DNA from: a virus
IMG/VR virus record: IMGVR_UViG_3300048914_000085
Length of the DNA stretch: 42,110 nucleotides
Reading direction: 5' to 3' (one strand)
This document shows, piece after piece, positions 31,078 to 39,161 of the stretch. The notes under the pieces were generated by a model. That model saw only the letters and a list, made by a program, of their open reading frames with translations. It was not told where the DNA came from and did not search any database. Positions within the stretch are counted from its first letter, which is position 1; the number at the start of each line of letters is the position of its first letter. Position numbers and translations under genes: made by a program.

Positions 31078-33000
31078 CTAGGCGGCGGCCTTCGGTTCGG
31101 GCTGCATCGCCTGCATGCGGTCGGTCACCGCATTGTACTGGTCGGTCTCGATCTCGGCGGCGCGCAGCATATGCTCGGCCGGGTCCGTCTGACCGGCGTT
31201 TTGCGCCTGCGCGAGGTTCTTGGCGGTCTCGCTCTTGGTCTTTTCGACCTGCGCCTCGGCCCCGGCCATCTGCAACTGCTGCTGCTGCTCGGCCATCGGG
31301 TTGGGCGCGTTGGCCTGGTCCATGATCTCGGCCAGCTTGTCCTTGTCGCGCAGCGCCGAGGCCATGATCAGCATCTTGATCGCTTCGGGCGGCGCGCCCT
31401 GCGGGAACATGCCCGGCAGCATCTTGGTCAGGGTCTCGAACTGCTCGGCCTGAACGGTGGGGGTGTCCATGCCTTCATCGATCACGATGTCCACGTCGAG
31501 TTCGTTGACCGCGTTGCGGGTCTCGACCACCTGGTCGCCGTGCATCTGGACGAACTGGCCCAGGACCATCTGCGCCTGCTGGTCACCCTGCATTGCAGCC
31601 TGAAGCAACTGGGGCCCGACCACCTTCTCGGCGCTCTTCATGCCCTGCGCGTCGCCCTTGGCCACCTCGTCGGCGATCTGCTTGACCGTCACCTGCTGGT
31701 TGAGCCCGACAAAGCGCAGGTTGTTGGGGTCATCGGTGACCCGGAGCCAGCGTTCATCGGTCCACACCTGGCGGATGCGGTTCCAGATCGCGCGGTAGAC
31801 CTCGATCGACAGCGACCGCAGCCGGTCGAACATCCGGGCGACTTCGACCATCCCGCCGTTCTGCTGGGCGAGGATCGCGCGCCCGCTCATGTCGTTCTCG
31901 TTCTTGCCCTGCAACGCGGCATTGGCCCCGAGCAGATCGATCTCGTTCTTGGCCTCCTGCAACAGCTGGAAATTCGCCGCTGCCATGTCATTGGTCGGCA
32001 GGATCTCGAACTCGCCATCCTCGGCGAGGATCACCCCGTCAGGCTTGGCCAGTTCGCGGCGGACCTTCTCGATGTCCTCGGTTACCGCCCGCGAGGCGCG
32101 GACCTGCCGCATGGTGATCAGGTGCAGGCCCTTCGACCGGCGCTTGTTCACCTCGTCCTGCGGGCTGATCAGCACCCGCACCGCGCCATAACGGTCGTTG
32201 TTGCGATCGACGTAGAGACTGACCGCCAGGATCGGGTTTTCCGGCTGTCCGTCCTCATCGAGATAAGGCGAGGGGGCTTCGGGTTCGAGATAGCCGCCAC
32301 GGGTGAACACGCACCGGGTCCACACCCCACCCTTGCGACGGTAGAGTTCGATCACCCGAAACCGCTTGCGGTTGTAATCCGCCCAGGTGTCCTTGGGCTT
32401 GTCCCCGTATGTGCTTTCGTTGCTGTCGCGGGCGATGGTGGCTTCGACCACCTCGGCCGGCCACCCCTTCTCCTCGGCGACATCGGCGTCGTACCACGTC
32501 ACGATGCCCATATAGCGGGCATCGGACCAGTCGGGCCGGGTGCTGGCCGGGTCGCCGAAGAACCGATCCCACGGAATATGGGTCAGGGTCGGGTCATAAC
32601 CCTGCTTGCCCTGCTTGACCCCGACCATGACTGCCGCCGTGCCTTCGATCAGCAGGTTATCCCATGCATCCGAACGCACCCCGTCCCACTGGGCGGCATC
32701 GCAGACGAAGCGGATGGCATCGGTCGCGGCGTCGGCTGCATCCTGGTCCTTGGGGGTGCGCGGAAACGCCTTGGGGTCCTTGCGCTGCTGCTTCTCGAGC
32801 CCGGAGAGGAAGTCGACCTTGCGCTGGATGCGGTTGTAGGTGACCACCGGCTGCTTGCGGGATTCGAGCGCGGCAACCTCGTCGTCCGTCCACTGCTTGC
32901 CGTCGTAATAATCGCGATCCCGCTCGGCGAGCTTGCGCGCGGCGTCGGTGGCTTTCTCCGCCTCCTCGAACAGCCGGATCAGCGCGGAAACGTCACTCAT
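31078..33000 (-). CDS. Portal protein (640 aa)
   Basis: Size, RDRDYYDGKQWTDDE motif near the N-terminus, Gln-rich C-terminus, and position upstream of the scaffold gene. Confidence 0.8.
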   Translation of the reverse strand: MSDVSALIRLFEEAEKATDAARKLAERDRDYYDGKQWTDDEVAALESRKQPVVTYNRIQRKVDFLSGLEKQQRKDPKAFPRTPKDQDAADAATDAIRFVCDAAQWDGVRSDAWDNLLIEGTAAVMVGVKQGKQGYDPTLTHIPWDRFFGDPASTRPDWSDARYMGIVTWYDADVAEEKGWPAEVVEATIARDSNESTYGDKPKDTWADYNRKRFRVIELYRRKGGVWTRCVFTRGGYLEPEAPSPYLDEDGQPENPILAVSLYVDRNNDRYGAVRVLISPQDEVNKRRSKGLHLITMRQVRASRAVTEDIEKVRRELAKPDGVILAEDGEFEILPTNDMAAANFQLLQEAKNEIDLLGANAALQGKNENDMSGRAILAQQNGGMVEVARMFDRLRSLSIEVYRAIWNRIRQVWTDERWLRVTDDPNNLRFVGLNQQVTVKQIADEVAKGDAQGMKSAEKVVGPQLLQAAMQGDQQAQMVLGQFVQMHGDQVVETRNAVNELDVDIVIDEGMDTPTVQAEQFETLTKMLPGMFPQGAPPEAIKMLIMASALRDKDKLAEIMDQANAPNPMAEQQQQLQMAGAEAQVEKTKSETAKNLAQAQNAGQTDPAEHMLRAAEIETDQYNAVTDRMQAMQPEPKAAA

Positions 33001-33301
33001 AGCGCGTTGCCCCCGCGATCAGCTGCGAACTGTCCACCACCGTCACCCGCACGTAGCCGATCGTCTGTTCCTGCGACGACAGCAGCGCGGCGACCTTGAC
33101 CATGTGCTGCCCGACCCGATCGGCCGTGATCGGAGCCGAGACCGTCAACCCGGCCGGTGACGCCGTGCCGATCGACAGCGTCGGGCACGTCACCGTCACG
33201 TTGTCGATGCTGTTGACACCCGCCACCCCGGTCAGGCTGAACAGGGCGGTGCGGACCTCGCCCAGTTCCATTACCGGGGCGTCGTTGGGGCGGAACTGCA
33301 T
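32993..33301 (-). CDS. Small beta-rich (Ig-like?) protein (102 aa)
   Basis: Track ORF trimmed to Met56 (ATGA overlap upstream). The stop overlaps the portal start by 8 nt. Product has NVTVTCPTLSIGTASPAGLTVSAPITADRVGQHMVKVAALL. Confidence 0.5.
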   Translation of the reverse strand: MQFRPNDAPVMELGEVRTALFSLTGVAGVNSIDNVTVTCPTLSIGTASPAGLTVSAPITADRVGQHMVKVAALLSSQEQTIGYVRVTVVDSSQLIAGATRYE

Positions 33302-33726
33302 CAGTCGGCCGTGAACGCGAGCGCGCCCGCCGAGAACTCGGGGACCGAGCCGACCTGGAGCGTGATCGCGTTGTCGAGCGCGATGTATTCGAGCAGCGTT
33401 CCCGCGCCCGACGACGACAAACCCCGCCCGACATAGCTGATCGCCGCGCCGGGGCTGGCGGTGCATTGCCCGAAGGCAATCGTTGCATCGTTCACCGACG
33501 ACCCCGCCGTGACGGTCCAGCCATCGGTTCCGCGCGACACTGCAACGCGGGCATATCCGGTGTAGGCGGTCTCGCTGGTGGTCTGGTCGCCCGCATCACC
33601 GGGAGAAGCCGTGTGGAGCGAAATGTAGAAGGTGCTGGCCCCGGTCAGCGCAGTCCACGTCGCATCCGCCGTGGCCTCGTCGATGATCTTGCGGATGGCC
33701 GTTTCAAGGGCGTTGGTGGCGCTCAT
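33301..33726 (-). CDS. Hypothetical structural-module protein (141 aa), possibly distantly related to the 34444 domain
   Basis: ATGA coupling at both ends. Product NALETAIRKIIDEA...YISLHTASPGD...AYTGYARVAV. Confidence 0.5.
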   Translation of the reverse strand: MSATNALETAIRKIIDEATADATWTALTGASTFYISLHTASPGDAGDQTTSETAYTGYARVAVSRGTDGWTVTAGSSVNDATIAFGQCTASPGAAISYVGRGLSSSGAGTLLEYIALDNAITLQVGSVPEFSAGALAFTAD

Positions 33727-34439
33727 CGCTTACCTCGGAACGTGAAGGGCTGGGAGGTGGCGTCAAACCGCATCACTGCGGTCTGCGCACGGAACTCGAA
33801 CGACTGCGGAACCGCATGAAACTTGAGCGGATCGCCCGCGATACGCAGCAGGGCCGAGCCGCCGAAACTGATCGAACCCGACGCTGAACTCATCGAGCGC
33901 AGGGACAGGAATGCCGAGCCGCCGAAGGCAATCCCCCCCGTTGCCGAGAGCGGTGAGACCAGACCCGCCGTTGCCGAGCCGCCGAAGGCAATCCCCCCGC
34001 TTGCGGTCATCGCCAGCGGGTAACCGAACGTCGCGCTGCCCCCGAAGGTGATGCCCCCGGTCGCGGTCAACTCCACCGGCACCGCGAGGGTAACCCGAAG
34101 CACGGCCCCTAACGGAACCGCGCCAAGTGGGACGAACGACACCAGGTTCGGGCCGTTGGTCGGAACCGACCCCGTCGTCCCATCCGCTGTGCCGGTGAGC
34201 GCCAGCGACCCCGACGCATCCCCGCTGACCGGGCCGGGAGCAGGACTTTCGACCGTTCCGGCCGCTTCGCCGGTAAATTCAATCGTTCCGGTTGCCGCGT
34301 TGCCGGTGAGGGCTACCGTTCCTGTCGCGGACCCGGTGAATGCTATCGTCCCGCTGGCCGTGCCGCCGCCAACCGCTACTGTCCCGGTGCCACTCGCTCC
34401 TAGAACGAGGAGCCCGACCCCCGAGCCGGTGACGGCCAT
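33723..34439 (-). CDS. Gly/Thr/Ala-rich repeat protein (238 aa)
   Basis: N-terminal GT(V/I)x(F/L)TG repeats and four 20-aa repeats (T/S)A(T/S)GGIxFGGSA. Confidence 0.55.
   Translation of the reverse strand: MAVTGSGVGLLVLGASGTGTVAVGGGTASGTIAFTGSATGTVALTGNAATGTIEFTGEAAGTVESPAPGPVSGDASGSLALTGTADGTTGSVPTNGPNLVSFVPLGAVPLGAVLRVTLAVPVELTATGGITFGGSATFGYPLAMTASGGIAFGGSATAGLVSPLSATGGIAFGGSAFLSLRSMSSASGSISFGGSALLRIAGDPLKFHAVPQSFEFRAQTAVMRFDATSQPFTFRGKR
33853..34060. repeat. Tandem 60-bp coding repeats (about 4 copies)
   Basis: GCCGAGCCGCCGAAGGCAATCCCCCC occurs exactly at 33913-33938 and 33973-33998. Diverged copies start near 33853 and 34035. Confidence 0.75.
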
Positions 34440-34443
34440 CGGG

Positions 34444-34851
34444 TCACGCGCCGCCAGCGGTCAGCGTAAAGCCGGTAATGGTGACAATCTGGGCTGCCGT
34501 GATCGAAACCGAGTCGAGCGTCATGTCGCCGCCGCCGCCCGTGACGGTAACCGAGCCCTGGATATGGCAGGTCGTACCGTCCGAGGCGTAGACCCGGAAA
34601 TGCGCCGCCGTGCCGCTGTTATCGGCGCTGGTATCGGACCATGTGCCCGACTTGGCCTTGGTGCCCCCTGAAGCCGCTGCGAGCCAATCGGACGGCAGGT
34701 TGAGCGTGGCCAGCACGGTGCCGCTGTCGGCCGTGGCGCAGGTCGCCGGGACCGAGCCCGACCGGATCTTCATCACCGCCGCCGTGCCGATCGCGGTCTC
34801 GATCGCGTCCAGCGCCCCGTTGCGGGACGTGGTGGAGAACTGAAATGCCAT
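34444..34851 (-). CDS. Stand-alone copy of the anchor domain found at the N-terminus of the 34863..36356 product (135 aa)
   Basis: MAFQFSTTSRNGALDAIETAIGTAAVMKIRSGSVPATCATADSGTVLATLNLPSDWLAAA... aligns with MTAAFSVAAQNAALDGIEAAIGASAVLKVRTGAVPASCAAADTGTVLSTVSLPSDWMAAA... About half the residues are identical by eye. Confidence 0.6.
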   Translation of the reverse strand: MAFQFSTTSRNGALDAIETAIGTAAVMKIRSGSVPATCATADSGTVLATLNLPSDWLAAASGGTKAKSGTWSDTSADNSGTAAHFRVYASDGTTCHIQGSVTVTGGGGDMTLDSVSITAAQIVTITGFTLTAGGA

Positions 34852-34862
34852 AGGGCGGTTCC

Positions 34863-36356
34863 TTAGGCGGCGATGCCGTTGAGGGTGTTGCCGGTCCGCG
34901 ACGAGAAGGTGACGAACGAACCGATGCTGAACCCGGTGGTCATCGCCCCGGTGGTGTTGGTCATCACGTTGTCATTCATCGCGGCGGTGACGTTGAGGCT
35001 CGAACTGGTGCCAAACACCTGGATGCCGACCGCCGTGTTGGGATTGACGATGGTGTTGCGGCTGAAGATCACGTTGCGGACGTAGGCGGCTTCGGCGAAA
35101 ATCAAGCAGCACGGATGCCCGACCCCGGTATTGGTGCGGCAGCCCTCGAAATAGTTGTACATCGCGGTGATGGTGTCGTTCACCGCGCCCGGATAGGAAC
35201 TCGGGGTATCGATCCGGCACCCGGCCACTGCGCTGCGATAGATGCGGTTGCGCAACGCCGTGCCGCTGGTCGTCCCCTCGAACGAGAACCCGCTGGCCCC
35301 GCTGTCCTCGCTCCAGTTGTCAAGGAAATGGATGTTGCTGTTGCCAGCACCCGCACCGATCGAGGCGAAACTGTCATCGCCGCCGCCAAGGGTCTGGTTG
35401 AACTGCGCGATGACATCCGAGCAGCCATCGGTGAAGTGGAAGTTGTCCGAGAAGTTGTGATCGACCGTGTTGTGCGTGATGCGCAGGCCGGTGGAGGCGT
35501 AGAACAGGCAAGCGGCGTTCTCGACGCCCGAGACCTTGACGTTGTTGACCTCCACCCCGGTGCAACTGACGACTTCCAGCCCGCGCCGGTCGTTGCCGGC
35601 GTCGTACCGCGCCGAGCCGGTCGGGCACGACAGCCACAGGTCCGAAACCCGCGCATTGGTGCAACTGGCAAGCCGTAGCGTGGTGGCCGTCTTGTCGGTC
35701 GCGCGCAGTTCGGTGGTCTGGCCGTCCCCGTAGAGGACGAGGCCGGATTTGCCTGAGAACTCCAGCACGCCCGAATGCTTGTAGACGCCCGCCGGGAAAT
35801 AGAGCGCCACATTGGAGCCAATCGAGGCGATGATCGCGGCGAGTTTGCTCTGGTTGTCGGTTGCCCCGGTCTTGTCGAGATTGTTGGCCCCAAAGTCGGT
35901 CGTGACGTTCTTGATCGTCTTGCCGGCGGTGAACCCGCTGTAGGTCCGCACCCCGGTGATGCCGTAGACCGTCACCGTCCCGAGCTGGAATCGGTTGATG
36001 GTCACGCTTTCGCCGAAGGTGATCGTCTCGGCACTCAGGCTGAAGTCCTGCCCTAATGCCCCTTGCATGTGGCAGGTCGTGCCGGTCGCATCATACACCC
36101 GGAAATGACCCGGCGTGCCCGACGCATCAGCCGAGGGGTCGATCCAGTTGCCTTGTGCGTACTTGGTCAACTCCGCCGCTGCGGCCATCCAGTCAGACGG
36201 CAGGGAGACCGTCGACAGGACCGTGCCGGTGTCAGCTGCGGCGCAACTCGCCGGAACCGCGCCGGTCCTCACCTTGAGGACGGCCGAGGCTCCGATTGCC
36301 GCTTCAATGCCATCCAGCGCCGCGTTTTGCGCCGCCACTGAGAATGCGGCGGTCAT
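34863..36356 (-). CDS. Virion-type depolymerase: N-terminal anchor domain plus right-handed beta-helix (497 aa)
   Basis: The ATG lies 1 nt after the TerL stop. Beta-helix motifs HFTDG..AQFN..GGDDSFASIGAG..FLDN..ASGFSFEGTTSG..NPNT are paralogous to 13668..14837. Confidence 0.65.
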   Translation of the reverse strand: MTAAFSVAAQNAALDGIEAAIGASAVLKVRTGAVPASCAAADTGTVLSTVSLPSDWMAAAAELTKYAQGNWIDPSADASGTPGHFRVYDATGTTCHMQGALGQDFSLSAETITFGESVTINRFQLGTVTVYGITGVRTYSGFTAGKTIKNVTTDFGANNLDKTGATDNQSKLAAIIASIGSNVALYFPAGVYKHSGVLEFSGKSGLVLYGDGQTTELRATDKTATTLRLASCTNARVSDLWLSCPTGSARYDAGNDRRGLEVVSCTGVEVNNVKVSGVENAACLFYASTGLRITHNTVDHNFSDNFHFTDGCSDVIAQFNQTLGGGDDSFASIGAGAGNSNIHFLDNWSEDSGASGFSFEGTTSGTALRNRIYRSAVAGCRIDTPSSYPGAVNDTITAMYNYFEGCRTNTGVGHPCCLIFAEAAYVRNVIFSRNTIVNPNTAVGIQVFGTSSSLNVTAAMNDNVMTNTTGAMTTGFSIGSFVTFSSRTGNTLNGIAA

Positions 36357-36357
36357 A

Positions 36358-37821
36358 TCAGGCCGTTTTCCATGACCCGCCCTCCGGCTTGTCGAAGATG
36401 TCCCACCCGTCGCGGCGCTTGGTGGTGGGCTGGGTCTTCACAATCGCCGGATGGGCCTGGTCGATCGCCCGCCCGATCAGGCTGGCCGTGTCCACGTCGT
36501 CATCATGCTTGCCAGCGGGGAATACGAGAAATTCACTGAGGTCCGCACCCGGCTCGAACTTGACCCGCCCGGTTGCCGCCATCGCCTGGAACGAGCGGGC
36601 CCGCGTCGGCTTGTCCGAGACAGAAGGCAGCCATTCCAACCGGCAATAGACCCGGCGCTCCTGCATCCGGCGCTTGAGCATCGGCTCGATCGCCTTCTGG
36701 ATCACCCCGCCTTCACCGAACCACGCTAGTGGCTTGTGCTTGGCAATGAGATCCAGTTTGCGCTCGATCCACTGGTCAGAGGCAGTCTGACCGCGCCACC
36801 CGTCCACCCGGTAGATGTTGCCAGCAGCGTCGATGCCCCACACGCGATGAACCGTGAAGTCCCCGCCGCCATCCGTAACAGCGTAGTCGCTGGTCCCGTA
36901 GCAGCGGAGCGCAGGCAACTTGTCCCACTCTCCAAACCATTCACGGCGAAAGAACGTGCCTTCATCGGGCTGCGGCCTTTGCTGGTAGAGCGCCGACCAT
37001 TCACGCGGGCCGATCGTCGCCTTGATCCGTGTCAGCGTCTCGACCGGATACCATTCCGGCCACAGCGCCGCGCCTTGGTCGTCAATCGCGGGAAGCTCCA
37101 ACACATCCCATTCACCTGCGTCCTGCTCCAGCAAGCGGCCGGCCAGATCGTCTTCGTGCCACCGGGTCTGGATTAGCACGATCGCGCCACCCGGCATCAG
37201 CCGCGTGTAGAGCGTCGAACGATACCAGTCCCACACCAGTTCGCGCCGCCGCTCACTGTCGGCCTCTTCGCGGTCCTTGAACGGGTCGTCGATCAGCGCG
37301 ATGTCCGCGCCGCGCCCCGTCACTGCCGTACCCACACCGGCTGCCACATAAGCCCCGCCGTGGTTGGTATTCATCCGGTTTGCTGCCGCGCTGTCAGGTG
37401 ACAGGCCCACACCGGGAAAGACCTGCCCGAACTCCGGCTCCGCCACGATGTTGCGCACGTTACGGCCGAAGTCGCTGGCAAGGTCGCTGTTGTAGCTTGC
37501 CGCAATGATCTGGCGCTTCGGGTTGCGACCCAGGCACCACGCCGGAAACCGCTTGCTCGCCAGTTCCGACTTGCCATGCCTCGGCGGCATGAAGATCATC
37601 AGCCGGTCAATGTCGCCCCGTTCCACCGCTTCCAGCTTGTCCGCGATCTGCGCGTGATGCTGGGCGCGTTGATAGGCCGGGTTGGTAAACTCAGTGAACC
37701 CGAGGAGGCTCGATCGCGCCTGCCTGGCCTGCAACTGCTTGGTCAGCCTCTCCAGTTCCACCAGCGAGGAAAGGAGCAATGGCCGATGCAAGGGATCGGA
37801 TGCGCTCTGCAAGCTCGTCAT
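36358..37821 (-). CDS. terL: Terminase large subunit (487 aa)
   Basis: Walker A PPRHGKS, Walker B IALIDDP, C-terminal nuclease-type DDDVD. Third-position GC supports this frame across the overlap with terS. Confidence 0.85.
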   Translation of the reverse strand: MTSLQSASDPLHRPLLLSSLVELERLTKQLQARQARSSLLGFTEFTNPAYQRAQHHAQIADKLEAVERGDIDRLMIFMPPRHGKSELASKRFPAWCLGRNPKRQIIAASYNSDLASDFGRNVRNIVAEPEFGQVFPGVGLSPDSAAANRMNTNHGGAYVAAGVGTAVTGRGADIALIDDPFKDREEADSERRRELVWDWYRSTLYTRLMPGGAIVLIQTRWHEDDLAGRLLEQDAGEWDVLELPAIDDQGAALWPEWYPVETLTRIKATIGPREWSALYQQRPQPDEGTFFRREWFGEWDKLPALRCYGTSDYAVTDGGGDFTVHRVWGIDAAGNIYRVDGWRGQTASDQWIERKLDLIAKHKPLAWFGEGGVIQKAIEPMLKRRMQERRVYCRLEWLPSVSDKPTRARSFQAMAATGRVKFEPGADLSEFLVFPAGKHDDDVDTASLIGRAIDQAHPAIVKTQPTTKRRDGWDIFDKPEGGSWKTA

Positions 37822-38074
37822 CCGTCAGGCTTTCCGCATCATTGATGTTGAGCGTGTGTTCCTTGGGGAGCAGTGAGGCGATGACCTTGAGATATTGGTC
37901 AGGCTTTTCGACGCGGACCGTCTCGATTGTATCCGGCCCATGCTGCTCGAAGCTGTCGTGTAACGCCTGGATGAAGGCTTCGCCCAGTTTGTTCCGTGCG
38001 CCAACAGGGCGGCCCGGCGACTTCGGCGGCACGATGAAGCGTCCTGCCTCATCGCGCTTTTCTCCGCTTTCCAT
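37691..38074 (-). CDS. terS: Terminase small subunit, DUF5681-like (127 aa). Its 3' 131 nt overlap terL.
   Basis: RFIVPPKSPGRPVGARNKLGEAF motif. AGGAGG 5 nt upstream of ATG 38074. Directly upstream of terL. Confidence 0.6.
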   Translation of the reverse strand: MESGEKRDEAGRFIVPPKSPGRPVGARNKLGEAFIQALHDSFEQHGPDTIETVRVEKPDQYLKVIASLLPKEHTLNINDAESLTDDELAERIRSLASAIAPFLAGGTGEADQAVAGQAGAIEPPRVH

Positions 38075-38180
38075 AGCGGCCTCCTGCAATTCGCCAGCCC
38101 GCACTAGCCAGTCGCGCCTTCAGTGCTGCGCGTGGGGGGTGTTCGGCAGGGGGCTGGCAGGCCGGGACTTCCACCAGTCT

Positions 38181-38214
38181 AAATGAAACGCCCGCAACCG
38201 TGAGGCGCGGGCGT
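38181..38214 (-). terminator. Hairpin terminator between the replication/regulatory genes and the packaging operon
   Basis: Minus strand: ACGCCCGC - 11-nt loop - GCGGGCGT, followed by TTCATTT. Confidence 0.45.
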
Positions 38215-38308
38215 GTGACGAAGTGGGGAACCGGGTGTTGATCTGGCGAGTTGCGAATACGGCGCAACTTCACACCTTGACTCCTGATTGCATTTTTTCC
38301 GTCATCCG

Positions 38309-38842
38309 TCAAGGCCCCATGATGCGGCGCGCGGCCATCTTCAGTTCGACGCGAGCAATCTCCATGTGGCGCTTCTCATTGACCGGAACGACCGCAACGA
38401 ATTCGCCCTTGCCGTTGTAGCGTTCCCGGCCACCGTGCTTGGCAATGCACCACTGGGCGAGGCTGATGTCATCCACGGCGACGGCGCGGGCGATATCGCG
38501 TAGAACGCCCATCTCACGCTCAAGCCTGCCGGTCTCGATCACCGCACTGATGATCGCTACGCCAGGACCATTTCCGCCGCCCACCGAGGCGTCGATGCAC
38601 GACTTGACCGGAGACCGCTCGGCGAGGCTCGCCTGATCGCGGTAATAGGCAAGTGCGGTGAATTCGCGCTCTGACAGGATGTCCTGCCGGTGGAGGCTGT
38701 CTATGATTGGAACCCGGCGGAAGGGGCTAACCTTGTGGTCTGGCTGGAGCTGCTTTTTGAAGGTCGCACGGCCCTGCTGTTCAATCGTGGGGGTGTCTCC
38801 TGCATCCTTGGTCTTGGTCTTCGGATTGGTGGCCTTGCCCAT
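38309..38842 (-). CDS. Hypothetical protein, possible regulator (DUF6456-like?) (177 aa)
   Basis: Last gene before the terminator and late operon. Loose resemblance to alphaproteobacterial DUF6456 proteins (recognised from memory). Confidence 0.35.
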   Translation of the reverse strand: MGKATNPKTKTKDAGDTPTIEQQGRATFKKQLQPDHKVSPFRRVPIIDSLHRQDILSEREFTALAYYRDQASLAERSPVKSCIDASVGGGNGPGVAIISAVIETGRLEREMGVLRDIARAVAVDDISLAQWCIAKHGGRERYNGKGEFVAVVPVNEKRHMEIARVELKMAARRIMGP

Positions 38843-38844
38843 GC

Positions 38845-39000
38845 TTACTTCCCCCTCTGATAATCATCCTGCTTCCACCGATCCGGCTCGAAACCGCAGG
38901 GCTTGGGCTGGTCTTCGTGGAGATCATCTAACCAGCGGGCCGTCGAGGTCTTGCCGTCGTGGCCGGAGTTGTTTCGATTGCGAGGGTTGAACTTGGTCAT
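38845..39000 (-). CDS. Small hypothetical protein (51 aa)
   Basis: Track ORF trimmed to Met10 (GAGGGTG SD, ATGA overlap upstream). Confidence 0.4.
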   Translation of the reverse strand: MTKFNPRNRNNSGHDGKTSTARWLDDLHEDQPKPCGFEPDRWKQDDYQRGK

Positions 39001-39161
39001 GCCGGCACCCTCGCCAGTTCGACCCACATCCCTGCGCCCTTCCAGAGACCGGGAAACTCTCCTGACTTTACCCTGTCACGGAGCTTGGACTTGGTTTGGT
39101 TGGGCTCCTGAAGAGCAGCGAGGAACATGGCGTTGCCGTGGCCGATGATGCGGGGGTTCAC
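38997..39161 (-). CDS. Small HTH-like protein (54 aa, GTG start)
   Basis: Hand translation VNPRIIGHGNAMFLAALQEPNQTKSKLRDRVKSGEFPGLWKGAGMWVELARVPA. GTGA overlap upstream and ATGA overlap downstream. Confidence 0.45.
   Translation of the reverse strand: MNPRIIGHGNAMFLAALQEPNQTKSKLRDRVKSGEFPGLWKGAGMWVELARVPA

Noticed and set aside
28308-33099. Very long plus-strand ORFs (28308..30191, 627 aa; 30571..33099, 842 aa), and similar ones at 202..1389, 13620..14654, 21637..22803 and 8298..9197
   Set aside because: They lie antisense or out of frame to recognisable capsid, portal, integrase and other genes. They are Arg/Gly/His/Pro-rich with no motifs. These are typical stop-free shadow frames in GC-rich DNA.
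37691-37821. A programmed ribosomal frameshift linking terS and terL
   Set aside because: terL has its own ATG. I did not see a slippery heptamer with a downstream structure. The codon-bias switch is explained by simple overprinting.
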